NCBI RefSeq assembly: GCF_006345805.1
Contig: NC_042999.1
Location: 9,238,001 to 9,302,000, forward strand
Direction of reading: 5' to 3'
Source of the DNA: Octopus sinensis
Taxonomy: Eukaryota
Length of the DNA stretch: 64,000 nt
Position 1 is the first letter of the stretch; each line of letters starts with the position of its first letter. A program made the position numbers and the translations under genes. Under the pieces are notes generated by a model. It was not told the DNA's origin and ran no database searches. It saw only the letters and a list, made by a program, of their open reading frames with translations. Shown here piece after piece: positions 14,445 to 26,360 of this stretch.

Positions 14445-14545
14445 GAGCAAGGAGAGAAAAAATGTGTGTAGTGGCTAGCGATGTTAATAATTTACAATAA
14501 TATCAGCGGCTAGCATGCGCAAAAGCACCATAAAGGAAAAAATTA

Positions 14546-14810
14546 TCAATTAATAATGAAAGGGTATTATTTTTAGTACCAGCATGCTAAAGATAGCAGT
14601 CAAAACGAATCAAAACCATAGTTTTCACTTGTACATAGGGGCGAAATCGAATTCATTTTCATTTTCGATTTTTTTCGTCTACTCTACGGAGTCTTCAGAT
14701 TTTACTGCCCGTTTCCTCGATTTCATCTTTGTTTTGAGTCGTTTTGAGTCGTTTTGACTGCTATTTTTAGCATGCTGGCACTACAAGTAGTACCCTTCAT
14801 TATTAATTGA
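14546..14810. mobile_element. MITE with about 70-bp imperfect terminal inverted repeats
   Basis: 14546-14616 (TCAATTAATAATGAAAGGGTA...CAGTCAAAACGAATCAAAAC) is nearly the reverse complement of 14741-14810. No clear TSD. Confidence 0.7.
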
Positions 14811-14827
14811 GATGCACACACACACAA

Positions 14828-14858
<31 letters not shown>

Positions 14859-14929
14859 ATAATGGATAATTTTTTTATAAAATTGTCTCAGTAAATAGCA
14901 TATAAAAATAGACCTATATTCACCTCTGG

Positions 14930-14979
<50 letters not shown>

Positions 14980-15798
14980 GAAATGAGGTAATCAGAAGAT
15001 CGGATGGTTCATATTTATAGATATTTATTTATATATTACATTTTTTACATATATATATCATATCATTCAGATCATATCATTCAGATTATTAGCGCTTTCT
15101 CCCATTCCAGTGGGGTTTTCAAATCAAATTAATTCCTTTGTGGGGAATTTTGTCATTTTATAGAGTTTCGTAGTAGTGGGGAGGAACAAGATAGTATAAG
15201 AGGGTGAGGTAGATGAGGAGGAAGTGAGAGAGAGAACATGTGTGTATGTGTATGTGTGTGTGTGTATGTGTGTGTGTGTGTGTGTGTGTGCGTTTGTATC
15301 TGAGGCTAAAGAGGGAAAGGGGAAGGGGGAGAGGGAAGAAGAAGAAGGATTTCCTTTGGCCTGTTGGGCCCCCTGGGGAGTTCTAAGAATTTTAGCTCTC
15401 TGTCCATTCTGGTGTCACTGAGTGTGTGTTGGTGGGTAGGCTGGCCAGAAATTACACCTTTTATTATTTTGGAGATGGACAAATGTCATTTGGGGTCATA
15501 CTTTTTATGATCGTTTTGTGGAGGTGTGTGTATGTGTATCTGTGTGTCCGTGTGAGTTTGTGTGCGTGTGTGTGTGTGTCTCTGTGTGTTTGGAGAAGGG
15601 GAGAGAGACAAAAAGAGAAAAGGGAAAATAAAAATAAATATAAATATAATAATAAAAATTAAAATAAAAAATAAATAAAAATAAGGGAGGAAATGGAGAA
15701 GAAAAAAATATTTTTGTGTGTTGATATTTATACCACTACATATATATACACACACAGACTTATACATAAAATATTTGAAAAAAAACCTTTTATCTGTT

Positions 15799-16325
15799 CA
15801 AAATGAACAACCAAATTACTCCATCTTGAAAATTGTATATCATAGGAAAGTTAAAATTAAAGTGACAATTAAAAAGTAAAGATGGAAGTAAATTATAAAG
15901 ATAATAATATAATGTATATAACAGGCAATATATATATATACATACACAGATATATATATATATATACACATACAGACATATACTAAATGTTCTACTATAT
16001 TAGATTGTAAATCGAAAGATGCGTCCTTCAATGTCACTATATATATATATACATGCTTACACATGAAATATTAGAGAAAAACCCACCTTCTATCGAATCA
16101 AAATGAACAATCAAATTACACCATCTTGAAAATTGCATATCATAGGAAGATTAAAATTAGAATGACAATTGGCAAGTAAAGATCAAGTAAATTACAAAAA
16201 CAATATAATATATATAACAGGTAACATATATATACACACAGACCTATATATATATATACACACACATATATTAAATGTTCTACTATATTATATTGTAAAT
16301 CGAAAAATTTGCCCTTCAATGTATG
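15799..16325 (-). repeat. Two diverged tandem copies (300-bp period) of the PLE 3' pseudo-LTR
   Basis: CAAAATGAACAA.CAAATTAC.CCATCTTGAAAATTG...CCTTCAATGT occurs at 15799-16040 and 16099-16325. Confidence 0.75.
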
Positions 16326-16337
16326 TTGAGTAAAGTT

Positions 16338-17885
16338 TCAGCCATTTAATTTGGGGGAGAACTTAGCTATGAAATGTTTTTCCATATTCCTCCTGAAGGA
16401 GGTGTCGTTCTTCGGACACTTGTAGAAGGGAAAGATCTTAAATTTTCCTTCTCCACATGTAGCTAGGTGTGTGCTTAGTGGTATTTTGCGTAGTTCTTCC
16501 TGCCGAATATGTTGTCGGTGGATCCTGGCTCGCTGGCACAAAGAATTACCAGTTTCACCTACGTAATTCTCCTTGCACGTGGGGCAGGTTATGCAGTATA
16601 TAACGTTCTGCGTCTTGCAATTCATATCTGCATTTACTTTGAATATGTCACCATTTTTAAATCTCATCCCTCTGTTACTCTCTATGCATTTGTAGGTGGG
16701 GTTGCTGCAGATCCCACATCTACCATCTCCGCACTCTTTTGCAAAGAATTCCGTTTTAGTTTCTGAAGAGAATTTCGCTCTTGTTAGGTGTTTTTTTAGG
16801 TTTTTGTCCTGTCGTCTACTGTTTTTTATGCTATATTTGTTTAATATGTTTTTCATTTTGGGGCTTTGTAAGGCTATTGGTAGGTTTGAATGTATGGTTT
16901 GGATGATGTTGGTAACTCCAAGGTTGTGTGTGTTTATAAAAGGGATAGTGTTTTCTTTGTTTTTTGTTTTGGGTGTCCTGAGTTGTGCGATGTCTAGTTT
17001 TAATGCTCTTGTGATTCCATTTTCTATTAGTTTAAGGGGGTATTTTTGCTCTAGGAGGAAGTTTTTGAGTTCATCTAGTCTTATTAATCGTATTTGTGAA
17101 TCAGTTACTATGCTACATATTCGTCGTGCCATACTATATGGGATGTTTCTTTTTGTGTGGGATGGGTGGCAGGAGTGGAAATTTAAGTATTGATGTGTGT
17201 CAGTTTTTTTGTAGTGGATGTCTGTTGTGACGATGGAGTTGTGTATTTTGATGTTGATGTCTAGGAAGGGAAGTTCGTTGTGGCTGGTATCTATTTTGAA
17301 ATTGATAGATGGGTGCAGCGTATTGAGTATGTTGTGGAATGTTTGTAGGTCCTCTTCTGATCTGTTCCAAAAGATGAAGCAGTCATCGAGGTAGCGTTTC
17401 CACTTTTTCTTGATGTCTTCTCTGAAGTCGTGTTCGAAGACTTTCCCTATTTCGTCATATAGTATTTTCTCCAGGAAACCCATCACCAGGTTGGCATATG
17501 AAGGTGCGAATTTTGTACCCATAGCTGTGCCTTTTATCTGTCGGTATGTCTTGTTGAATGAGAATGTGTTTTCTTCTAGTATTAGTTGGGTGGCTTGGGT
17601 GATAAAGTTTGTCTTAAAGCGTTCGTCTATAAGTTCTCTGTATTTTTCTATTGATTGTTTTATAGCTTCTAGACCTAGGGTGTGTGGTATGTTTGTGTAT
17701 AGATTTGTGACATCAAAGCTTGCAAGTATGGTGTTTTTCGGGACTGTATTTGGAATGTGTGTGAGGAAGTCTATGTCATCCCTTATGTAACTTGGAATCT
17801 GTGGGCATAAAGGTTTGAGGAGTATATCTATGAAGTGGCTTAGTTGTTGTGTTGGTGCCTGGGGTCCTGCCACTATTGGTCTCAT
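16338..17885 (-). CDS. PLE reverse transcriptase-GIY-YIG endonuclease (C-terminal 515 aa; coding extends to about 18438 across one frameshift)
   Basis: Uninterrupted ORF in the track. Manual translation stays open upstream to a T10 run at 18074-18083, and the preceding frame is open to 18438. Confidence 0.88.
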   Translation of the reverse strand: MRPIVAGPQAPTQQLSHFIDILLKPLCPQIPSYIRDDIDFLTHIPNTVPKNTILASFDVTNLYTNIPHTLGLEAIKQSIEKYRELIDERFKTNFITQATQLILEENTFSFNKTYRQIKGTAMGTKFAPSYANLVMGFLEKILYDEIGKVFEHDFREDIKKKWKRYLDDCFIFWNRSEEDLQTFHNILNTLHPSINFKIDTSHNELPFLDINIKIHNSIVTTDIHYKKTDTHQYLNFHSCHPSHTKRNIPYSMARRICSIVTDSQIRLIRLDELKNFLLEQKYPLKLIENGITRALKLDIAQLRTPKTKNKENTIPFINTHNLGVTNIIQTIHSNLPIALQSPKMKNILNKYSIKNSRRQDKNLKKHLTRAKFSSETKTEFFAKECGDGRCGICSNPTYKCIESNRGMRFKNGDIFKVNADMNCKTQNVIYCITCPTCKENYVGETGNSLCQRARIHRQHIRQEELRKIPLSTHLATCGEGKFKIFPFYKCPKNDTSFRRNMEKHFIAKFSPKLNG

Positions 17886-18440
17886 TGTGAGGTCTGCAGG
17901 CCTTTGTACTCTTATATAGTGGTTCCTCTGTTCCTTTATGGCTCTCTGTATTTCCGAGCTTTTATGAATTTTAGGTAATCCATAAAAGTTGCTTTCTTTG
18001 GTTTGTGAGTTGCATAGATAGTCTTCCTCCTTATCTGTAAAGGAGTCCTGATATTCATTGACTAAAGTTCTAATTTTTTTTTTATTGTTGTTTTCTCCGG
18101 TGGTGTTGGTTCCTCTTTGTAATATGTCTGGTTGTTCAGTAACTCCAGTATCTTTTCTTTGTAGTAATCTGTGTCCATAATTACTATTGCTCCACCTTTG
18201 TCAGCTTCTTTTATAATGACTGATTTGTCATTTTTCAGTTTTTGTAGGGCTTGTTTTTCTTCTCTGCGGAGATTCTGTTTGCATTTGTGTTTGTGGAGAA
18301 GGAATTTGGATATTGTTTCTATGTATGTGTCAAGGTGTTTGTCACTTCCCTTGTAAGGGGTGAAGTGGGATTTTTTTCTTATGATTGAGTTATCTTCTGT
18401 TTCTTTATTTTCAAAGAATTCTATAAGGCGGAGGTAGCTT

Positions 18441-18477
<37 letters not shown>

Positions 18478-18812
18478 ATATATACATATATATAGTTGTT
18501 ACGTGACTGTCCTGTCCTTCTGCCCTTCCCTCCAGAATCTATGGTACTTCTAAATTCTTCACTTTAATCATTCCCTTTACAAATGGATCACGGTGCTAGC
18601 GGTGAAAAGTGCATTGAAAGAGATTGAATCGCAAACAAAACGTTGCTAGGACAACAACGTTTTAGAGGAAGGAGGAAAAAAGAGGAAGCAGTGAAAGAAG
18701 AAAACCATTAACAAAGCTTGAATGAGAAAGCCAAAGAGAAAGGTGGATGAGGAAACTGAAAAATCGGTACAACATTGGTAGAAGTGTTGGAATGTAAACC
18801 AAATGTTGGCAT

Positions 18813-19205
18813 GGCGCAGGAGTGGCTGTGTGGTAAGTAGCTTGCTAACCAACCACATGGTTCCGGGCTCAGTCCCACTGCGTGGCATCTTGGGCAAGTG
18901 TCTTCTACTATAGCCCCGGGTCGACCAATGCCTTGTGAGTGGATTTGGTAGACGGAAACTGAAAGAAGCCTGTCGTATATATGTATATATATATATGTAT
19001 GTGTGTGGGTGTTTGTGTGTCTGTGTTTGTTCCCCTAGCATTGCTTGACAACCGATGCTGGTGTGTTTACGTCCCCGTCACTTAGCGGTTCGGCAAAAGA
19101 GACTTACAAAGAATAAGTCCCGGGCTCGATTTGCTCGACTAAATGCGGTGCTCCAGCATGGCCGCAGTCAAATGACTGAAACAAGTGAAAGAGTAAAAGA
19201 GAGTA
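18813..19205 (+). mobile_element. SINE family A
   Basis: Head, body, internal microsatellite and tail present. Confidence 0.9.
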
Positions 19206-19815
19206 TTGCAAAAAGAATTTGAAAGACAGAGAAAAACAGTCGGACAGACAAGCAGACAGTGAGAGGCGGGTGAGGAGAGAGGAAGAAAGTGAAAGGCAGA
19301 AAAGCAGAGACAGAGAAAAATTTCGACAGAGAGAGTGGTGGGATGAGACAGAGAGACACGCAGCTAAACAGACAGACTGACAGAGAGCGTCGTATGAAAC
19401 AACTGTCTCCATTTTCGTTTAAAAAAAAAAACACGACTAAAACCTTTGTCGCTGTCTCTAAAGGGACATCATACAAAGAAGATGGACTTTCTTTGTAAGA
19501 AATTGGAAAATTTACTCGTTTCGATATTTTTCTACAACAATAGACTCTGGACTTGAATAACACTCTAACACCTGATTTCGAATAATTGGTTTCATTCAGT
19601 ATATTCTCCAAGAAAAGTGTGTTTCTATTTCAGAAATTATTTTATAAGAGAAAACTGCACAAAAACATTGTATTGTTAATTTTATGAGTGGATTCATTTG
19701 TGCGGCCATACTAATTTGCTTTCTTTCCTTCGATGAATGTAGGATGTTAGTCATAGCGGAATATCAACAAATGAGACACCAATTTAAAATAATATACGTA
19801 ATAACTAAAGATCTA

Positions 19816-19978
19816 GGCGGAGGAGTGGCTGCGTGGTAAGTAGCTTGTTTACCTACCGCATGGGTCCGGGTTCAGTCCCACTGCGTGGCACCTTGGGCAA
19901 GTGTCTTCTACTATAGCCTCGGGCCGACCAAAGCCTTGTGAGTGGATTTGGTAGGCGGAAACTGAAAGAAGCCCGTCG

Positions 19979-20025
<47 letters not shown>

Positions 20026-20201
20026 CTGTGTGTGTCTGTGTTTGTCCCCCTAGCATTGCTTGACAACCGATGCTGGTGTGTTTACGTCCCCGTAACTTAG
20101 CGATTCGGCAAGAGAGGCCGAATAAGTCCTGGGGTCGATTTGCTCGACTAAAGGCGGTGCTCCAGCATGGCCGCAGTCAAATGACTGTAACAAATAAAAG
20201 A
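19816..20201 (+). mobile_element. SINE family A
   Basis: Head, body, internal microsatellite and tail present. Confidence 0.9.
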
Positions 20202-20765
20202 ATATATACGTACATACATACACATATATAAGTATATATATTGCATACACACAAATATGAAATGCTCGAAATACGAGACTAGAAACACAGCCTACAACTG
20301 ATGAAGGGTCGTTCTTTATGTTGCTTCTTTTGTTTTCCATTTGTGTCTTTTGTTGTTCGAAAGAATAGTTTATGTTCCATGTACTCGTGCTTCGTACATT
20401 TTTGTGTACACGTTTCGTGACGTCCTGTGCCTACATATGCATATATATATATATACACACACACCACGCCACCACACATCACCCCCTCCACACACACACA
20501 CACACACTAGCACTCACCACTTCCCAGCACCCACGCCATCTACACACCCACACATTACAGACGCACACACACAAGCAAATATACACACATCAGTCACCAG
20601 CCCCTAACCACACGCGCACACTTACACACATAGATAGACACGCGCGCACGTTCGTTTTGGGATCACCAAGACTTATTGCCCCTTCTTCCTAGCTCTCCTG
20701 TCCAACTCCCTTTTTCCAACCAGTTGCCATGATTCACCGCTAAATCCACAAGATTTTCTCGTGTT

Positions 20766-20802
20766 CCTTTCTGTTGAGGAGCGTAAGCTCGAAACGTAAA
20801 GG
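20766..20802 (+). ncRNA. Hammerhead-like motif, variant core CUGUUGA
   Basis: CCTTT-CTGTTGA-G-GAGC(GTAA)GCTC-GAAAC-GT-A-AAGG. Homologous to 14409-14444, including the downstream flank. Confidence 0.5.
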
Positions 20803-20949
20803 ACTTTCTCACCTTCCCGAGCATCAAACTAATGCACCTACTTGTTTATACACCTGTTATAGTCTTTTGTTTTTCTGCATGTGTCTATGCATGTGCCTAT
20901 GTATGTCAGTCTGTATGTGTGTGTGTGTGTATATGTGTATGTATACACA

Positions 20950-21170
20950 TATATGTGTATGTATGTATAAATATACACGTGTGTGTGTATGTGTGTATAC
21001 ACGTGCGTGTGTATGTATGTATAAATATACACGTGTGTGTGTATGTATGTATAAATATACACGTGTGTGTGTATGTGTGTATATATATACACGTGTGTGT
21101 GTATGTGTGTATATATATACACGTGTGTGTGTATGTGTGGATATATATACACGTGTGTGTGTGTATATAT
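20950..21170. repeat. About 30-bp minisatellite built from microsatellite units
   Basis: Unit similar to TATAAATATACACGTGTGTGTGTATGTATG, repeated about 7 times. Confidence 0.8.
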
Positions 21171-21173
21171 ATG

Positions 21174-21204
<31 letters not shown>

Positions 21205-21922
21205 GTGATGGACTCTCTCGTCGTAGACGATGTATGAACGTTCAGTTTTTAACAATTTTTCCCTAATGACCTGTATAAATGATTTGTTTATAATGGTTAA
21301 CTCACCGTAGCAGATGTTTGTCGAAATGAATAGCGAAGCCAGAAGACAAATTAAAAAAAAGAAACGTTCCAAGGAAGAAAACAGTCAAGAAGAAAGGGGG
21401 GGGGGATGAGTTGGGAATTGAGTAGAATTGATAGGAATGAAGAAAAGGCGAAGGGAAAGAAAACGGAGGGAGATAAGAGCAGAGAGTTGCTACCGTTAAG
21501 GGGCGGGGGAAATTGTTATCATAAATATTTAAAGATAAATATTTATGATAAAGATAAAGACTAGCTTACCATTAGGTATTGATTTCTTGGCAGATACATA
21601 TGTCGCCTGCCTTTTATTCATTCCGCTCTCTCAGTTTGGAATTTTATTCGCATTTGTTGCAACTCGAGTTTCTATAACCGTGAGATATGCAGAAACATTC
21701 AGCTTATTGAATTTCTTCGTAACTTCGATCTGGGGGAAACACAGTGACTTTCGATGCCAATATGTAGTTATTATTCCAGATCGGACACCGACCATTTTTT
21801 GTTCTCTGTACCTGCCACGGAATGCTTCAAGTTTACAAACTGCCTACCTGCCTACTCTTCTGTTATATGCGACAGAAGCTGCATGTATGCATATACAAAT
21901 AAATATATACATACATTATATA

Positions 21923-22283
21923 GGCGTAGGAGTGGCTGTGTGGTAAGTAGCTTGCTTACCAACCACATGGTTCCGGGTTCAGTCCCACTGCGCGGCACCT
22001 TGGGCAAGTGTCTTCTACTATAGCCTTGGGCCGATCAAAGCCTTGTGTGTATATATGTTTGTGTGTCTGTGTTTGTCCCCCTAACATCGTTTGGCAGCCG
22101 ATGCTGGTGTGTTTACGTCCCCGTAACTTAGCGGTTCGGCAAAAGAGACCGTTAGAATAAGTACTAGGCTTACAAAGAATAAGTCCTGGGGTCGATCTGC
22201 TCGGCTAAAGGCGGTGCTCCAGCATGGCCACAGTCAAATGACTGAAACAAGTAAAAGAGTAAAAGAGTAAAGAGTAAAAGAGT

Positions 22284-22284
<1 letters not shown>
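21923..22284 (+). mobile_element. SINE family A with internal deletion
   Basis: Head and tail present. The body lacks the GGATTTGG...GAAGCC segment. Confidence 0.85.
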
Positions 22285-22315
<31 letters not shown>

Positions 22316-22787
22316 TATATACGAGAAGTGCAGAATTATTTCTGGTTTGGGGTAAAAAAATAGTGCAAGAGGTTCAGTTAATTGAACATATTCCCCTCTA
22401 ACTTTCACACGGTTATTGTAACTATCCTTCGGTTTTTTAAGCTCTGTAAAAGAACTCGGAAGTTCGGATCTCAAGGCAGGCATTTTGGGGGAATCTTAAA
22501 GCCAGGGGATTTTCAGCCACACTATCTGTGTCCTTATATTCCCTGAACAGTTTCCTCACTTAGCACAAAACAACATCTGTGTATTAGTTTCACGGTTATT
22601 GCCCTTTATCAACACAGATTAGCTGTTTGGCCAGGTGGCGCTGCTAAATTCACGGTTCGAACATATAGACTTCAAAGGGACGCACAGTCTCTGATCTATA
22701 AATAGAAATACTATTATTTCGAAATCTCTCAGAGAGGGAGGGAGAGACATTCAGTCACAAATCTTTAAAGTAGCGCCACCTGGCCAA

Positions 22788-22918
22788 GCAGGTGCTGTGT
22801 TGATGAAAAGCTGGAGTCCTACTGCGTGGTAACTTTGGCAAGTGGCTTCTGTTATAGCCTCGGGCCGACCAAAGCCTTGTGAATGGATTTGGTAGACGGA
22901 AACTGAAAGAAGCGTGTT

Positions 22919-22954
<36 letters not shown>

Positions 22955-23484
22955 ACATGTTTGTGTGTCTGTGCTTGTTTCCCCAACATCGCTTGACAAC
23001 CGATGCTGGTGTCTTTACGTTCCTGTAACCTAGCGGTTCGGCAAAAGGGAACGATAGAATAGTACTAGGCTTACAAAGAATAAGTCCTGGGATCGATTTG
23101 CTCGACTAAAGGCGGTGCTCCAGCATGGACGCAGCCAAATGACTAGGAGTGGCTGTGTGGTAAGTAGCTTGCTAATGAACCACATGGTTCCGGGTTCAGT
23201 CCCACTGCGTGGCGTCTTGGGCAAGTGTCTTCTGCTATAGCCCCGGGCCGACCAATGCCTTGTGAGTGGATTTGGTAGACGGAAACTGAAAGAAGCCTGT
23301 CGTATATATGTATATTTATATATGTATGTGTGTGTGTGTGTTTGTGTGTCTGTAGTTGTTCCCCTAGCATTGCTTGACAACCGATGCTGGTGTGTTTACA
23401 TCCCCGTAACTTAGTCGATTTGCTCGACTAAAGGCGGTGCTCCAGCATGGCCGCAGTCAAATGATTGAAACAAGTAAAAGAGAG

Positions 23485-23485
<1 letters not shown>
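22788..23485 (+). mobile_element. Two SINE family A copies head-to-tail
   Basis: The first (22788-23144) ends at AAATGACT. The second begins AGGAGTGGCTG at 23145 and has an internal deletion. Confidence 0.85.
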
Positions 23486-23524
<39 letters not shown>

Positions 23525-24531
23525 TACACACAAACACATATATGTACGTCTATAGATACGTATGGAGATAGATATGATAGATAGTGATATATAGATATGT
23601 AAATATTGTATAGGTATGTTTATATATATATACACATATATAAGACGAATGCCTGCATTCATGTATGTGTGTGTGGGGGGGGGAGGGATCGTTAAGATCT
23701 CGGATTAATATTGCAAATCAATGTTGAAGTTGGCGGGGTTTTTTTATGTTAAATAAAAAAAAAATACGGTAGAGACATAAATCAAATCAACAGCAAAAGC
23801 TGAACTATTAAATTACAAAATCGATGCCGCCACCACCACCACTACCACCCTACAACAACAACAACATTTACAACAACAAGAATATTGAAGATCGTAGTCT
23901 CTCATCAATAGGAACATGGTATTGACGACTGCTGCGATGACAAGTAAAGAAGCTGTGATGACAAACGATGTATATGGCTGAGACATCAGATATATGTCGC
24001 CATTTTTCTTTTTTTTTTTTCGTTTTCAATGTGATGGCGAGGATCTCAATAATATCACCATGACAACAAATCAGCCTCTTTATTGAGCAATCTGATGAAT
24101 GTCGCATTTAGTCAATGGTAGAGAGCTGGGGCTTTAACGCTGGCAACAATCTCAAAGTGAAGTTTATAGAAAATAATTGGAAATATGATTTGATTTGATC
24201 GTTAGGAGTTTAAAAGCTGAGCTCTGACACAAAATGTTTGATTTCCTTCTAATGCATCCGAAATAATTTCCTTTTTAATTCTGCCAGAAATCTACTTGAC
24301 TTTTCATGTGGACTGTAATATTATTCCTCACGTTGCAACTAGTGTATGACAGCCATCTTGTTTACGAGGTTTTCAAAGGATCTCTCAGTGGGTCACCTTA
24401 TTTCTAACTGTGAGAGAGTGCTACAGAAGTTTCAACAGCACAGTGCAGAACAAATATCGTAATGGGCCACGTACGCAAAGAACTGGTCTTTCGGTTTGTC
24501 AGTGATCTTTTCACTCTTCACCGATACATGC

Positions 24532-24622
<91 letters not shown>

Positions 24623-24675
24623 CAGAAATATTAAATTTCTAAATCTTTCATAGAGATATGTACGGTGGTGGGGCG

Positions 24676-24819
24676 ATAGAATGGTTGTATACTGTCAATC
24701 TAACGTGAAGGTGACAGTAGGGGGTTACACCACCGTCGATGCTTCCTAGGGCTAAACAGCGGTGGTGAAACCCGCTACTGTCACGTTCACGTTAGATTGA
24801 CAGTATACAACCATTCTAT
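24676..24819. mobile_element. Hairpin element or small MITE: 60-bp inverted arms, 24-nt spacer
   Basis: 24676-24735 versus 24760-24819 are reverse complements with 3 mismatches. TA at both outer ends. Confidence 0.75.
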
Positions 24820-24974
24820 ATATATATAGGGAAGAATTAGTGAGTACATGTGTTTCTGTGTGCGTTTGTATGTGTGATTGTATGTATGTACGTATGTGTG
24901 TGTGATTGTATGTATATGTGCAGATTTGTATGTTTTGCTCTATGTATTCTCATGCATATAGTCGCATATCTTGA

Positions 24975-25151
24975 CATGCAGGAGCACCGCCTTTTAGTCG
25001 AACAAATCAACCCCAGGACTTATTCATTGTAAGCCCGATAACTGTTATATCAACCTCATTTGCCAAAGTACTAAGTTACGAGGACGTAAACACACCAACA
25101 CCGGTTGTCAAGCGATGGTGAGGAGGTCAATCACAGACACACACAAATGCA

Positions 25152-25212
<61 letters not shown>

Positions 25213-25499
25213 TTATTGTTAACAAAGGTCGGGATGTGTGAAGTTCAGTAATTCCATAAATAGAAAATGCATTAAATACTACAAAACGTAGAAGTAGGAC
25301 AAAGACTAACTAGAACCCAAATACTTCATAAGTTATCGACCGAAAAATACTAATACATAGTTTCCTGCCTTTAACGTTAAGACTAGGAACTTTGTATATC
25401 GGCGGCACCCGCAAGATTTGCGGAGAATTAGGGCTCGAGCAAACAAAATAATGTAGGATGAACGTACGAATATATATATATATATATTGATTGATTGAT

Positions 25500-25558
<59 letters not shown>

Positions 25559-25819
25559 CAAAATGGGACAAAAACGCAAAACATTCAAGTAGACGACACA
25601 AAAAACGGACGGGTCATTCGAAGCCTCTAATCTTCAGTCAAGAACCGGATCATCCTCGCAATTTCGGCTGATTAATCTTGAGATCGCTCCTATCCGGCCA
25701 GCCCCAAGGAAAAACTAAGCTACGAGCATTAGATTTCTTGGAAAAAGGATCGAATGTATACGAAACAAATACAAAAAACAATAATAATAATAATAACAGG
25801 ACAAAAACAACAATATATA

Positions 25820-25850
<31 letters not shown>

Positions 25851-26005
25851 ACATACATAAATAAACACATGACGGCATTTTTTCAGTTTCCGTCTGCCAA
25901 ATCCACTCACAAGGCTTTAGTCGACCCAAGTACTATAGTAGACACCCGCTGATGGTGCCATACAGTGGAACTGAACGTGGAGCCATGTGGTTGGGAAGCA
26001 AGCCT
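24975..26005 (-). mobile_element. SINE family A split by about 600 bp of inserted sequence in its microsatellite core
   Basis: Head half at about 25865-26005 and tail half at about 24975-25145, same strand and correct order. Confidence 0.65.
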
Positions 26006-26047
<42 letters not shown>

Positions 26048-26109
26048 TTTTAAAGAGGATAACAAACGTTAAGGTAAGGCAAAGATCTGAAGTCACCTAC
26101 ATTATTATT

Positions 26110-26360
26110 GGAAAAATGCAGTGTCTTGAGCAAGACACTCTCTTCCTCGTTGCAACAGTCCACTGATGTCAAAAATGTTGTACCGGTAATTTGAGTTAGC
26201 CTTGTCACATTCTGCATCACACTGAATCTTCCTGCAAACTACGTTAACTGTAAGCGGGTCTGTGGAGTGCTTAGTCACTTGCACGTTAATTTCAGGAGCA
26301 GGCTGTTCCGTTGATCGTGTCAACTGGAACACTTGGCGTCGGACCCGACGGAGTACCAGT
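26110..26360 (+). mobile_element. Probable fragment of another SINE-like repeat
   Basis: GTGTCTTGAGCAAGACAC motif typical of tRNA-SINE central domains. Only one copy in the window. Confidence 0.4.

Larger units (their letters stand above)
15795..18440 (-). mobile_element. Penelope-like element (C-terminal GIY-YIG, Neptune-like linker), 5'-truncated, with 3' pseudo-LTR repeats
   Basis: RT motifs IIKEADKGG, FYGLPKIHK, RPIV, GTAMGTKFAPSYANL and RYLDDCF. Cys-rich linker CGDGRCGIC. GIY-YIG NVIYCITCPTCKENYVGETG...R..IHRQH. Abuts (TA)n(TG)n. Confidence 0.93.

Noticed and set aside
16338-18440. Naiad/Chlamys-type or selenoprotein-encoding PLE
   Set aside because: The endonuclease is C-terminal and there are no in-frame TGA codons in the coding frame.
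20255-20340. CTGATGA next to GAAAC
   Set aside because: Order and pairing fit none of the hammerhead types I-III.
25605-25695. Two hammerhead-like remnants on the minus strand (CTGAAGA...CGAA; CTCAAGA...CGAAA)
   Set aside because: Stem II and stem III pairing and the cleavage triplet are not supportable. Treated only as decayed pLTR-like sequence.
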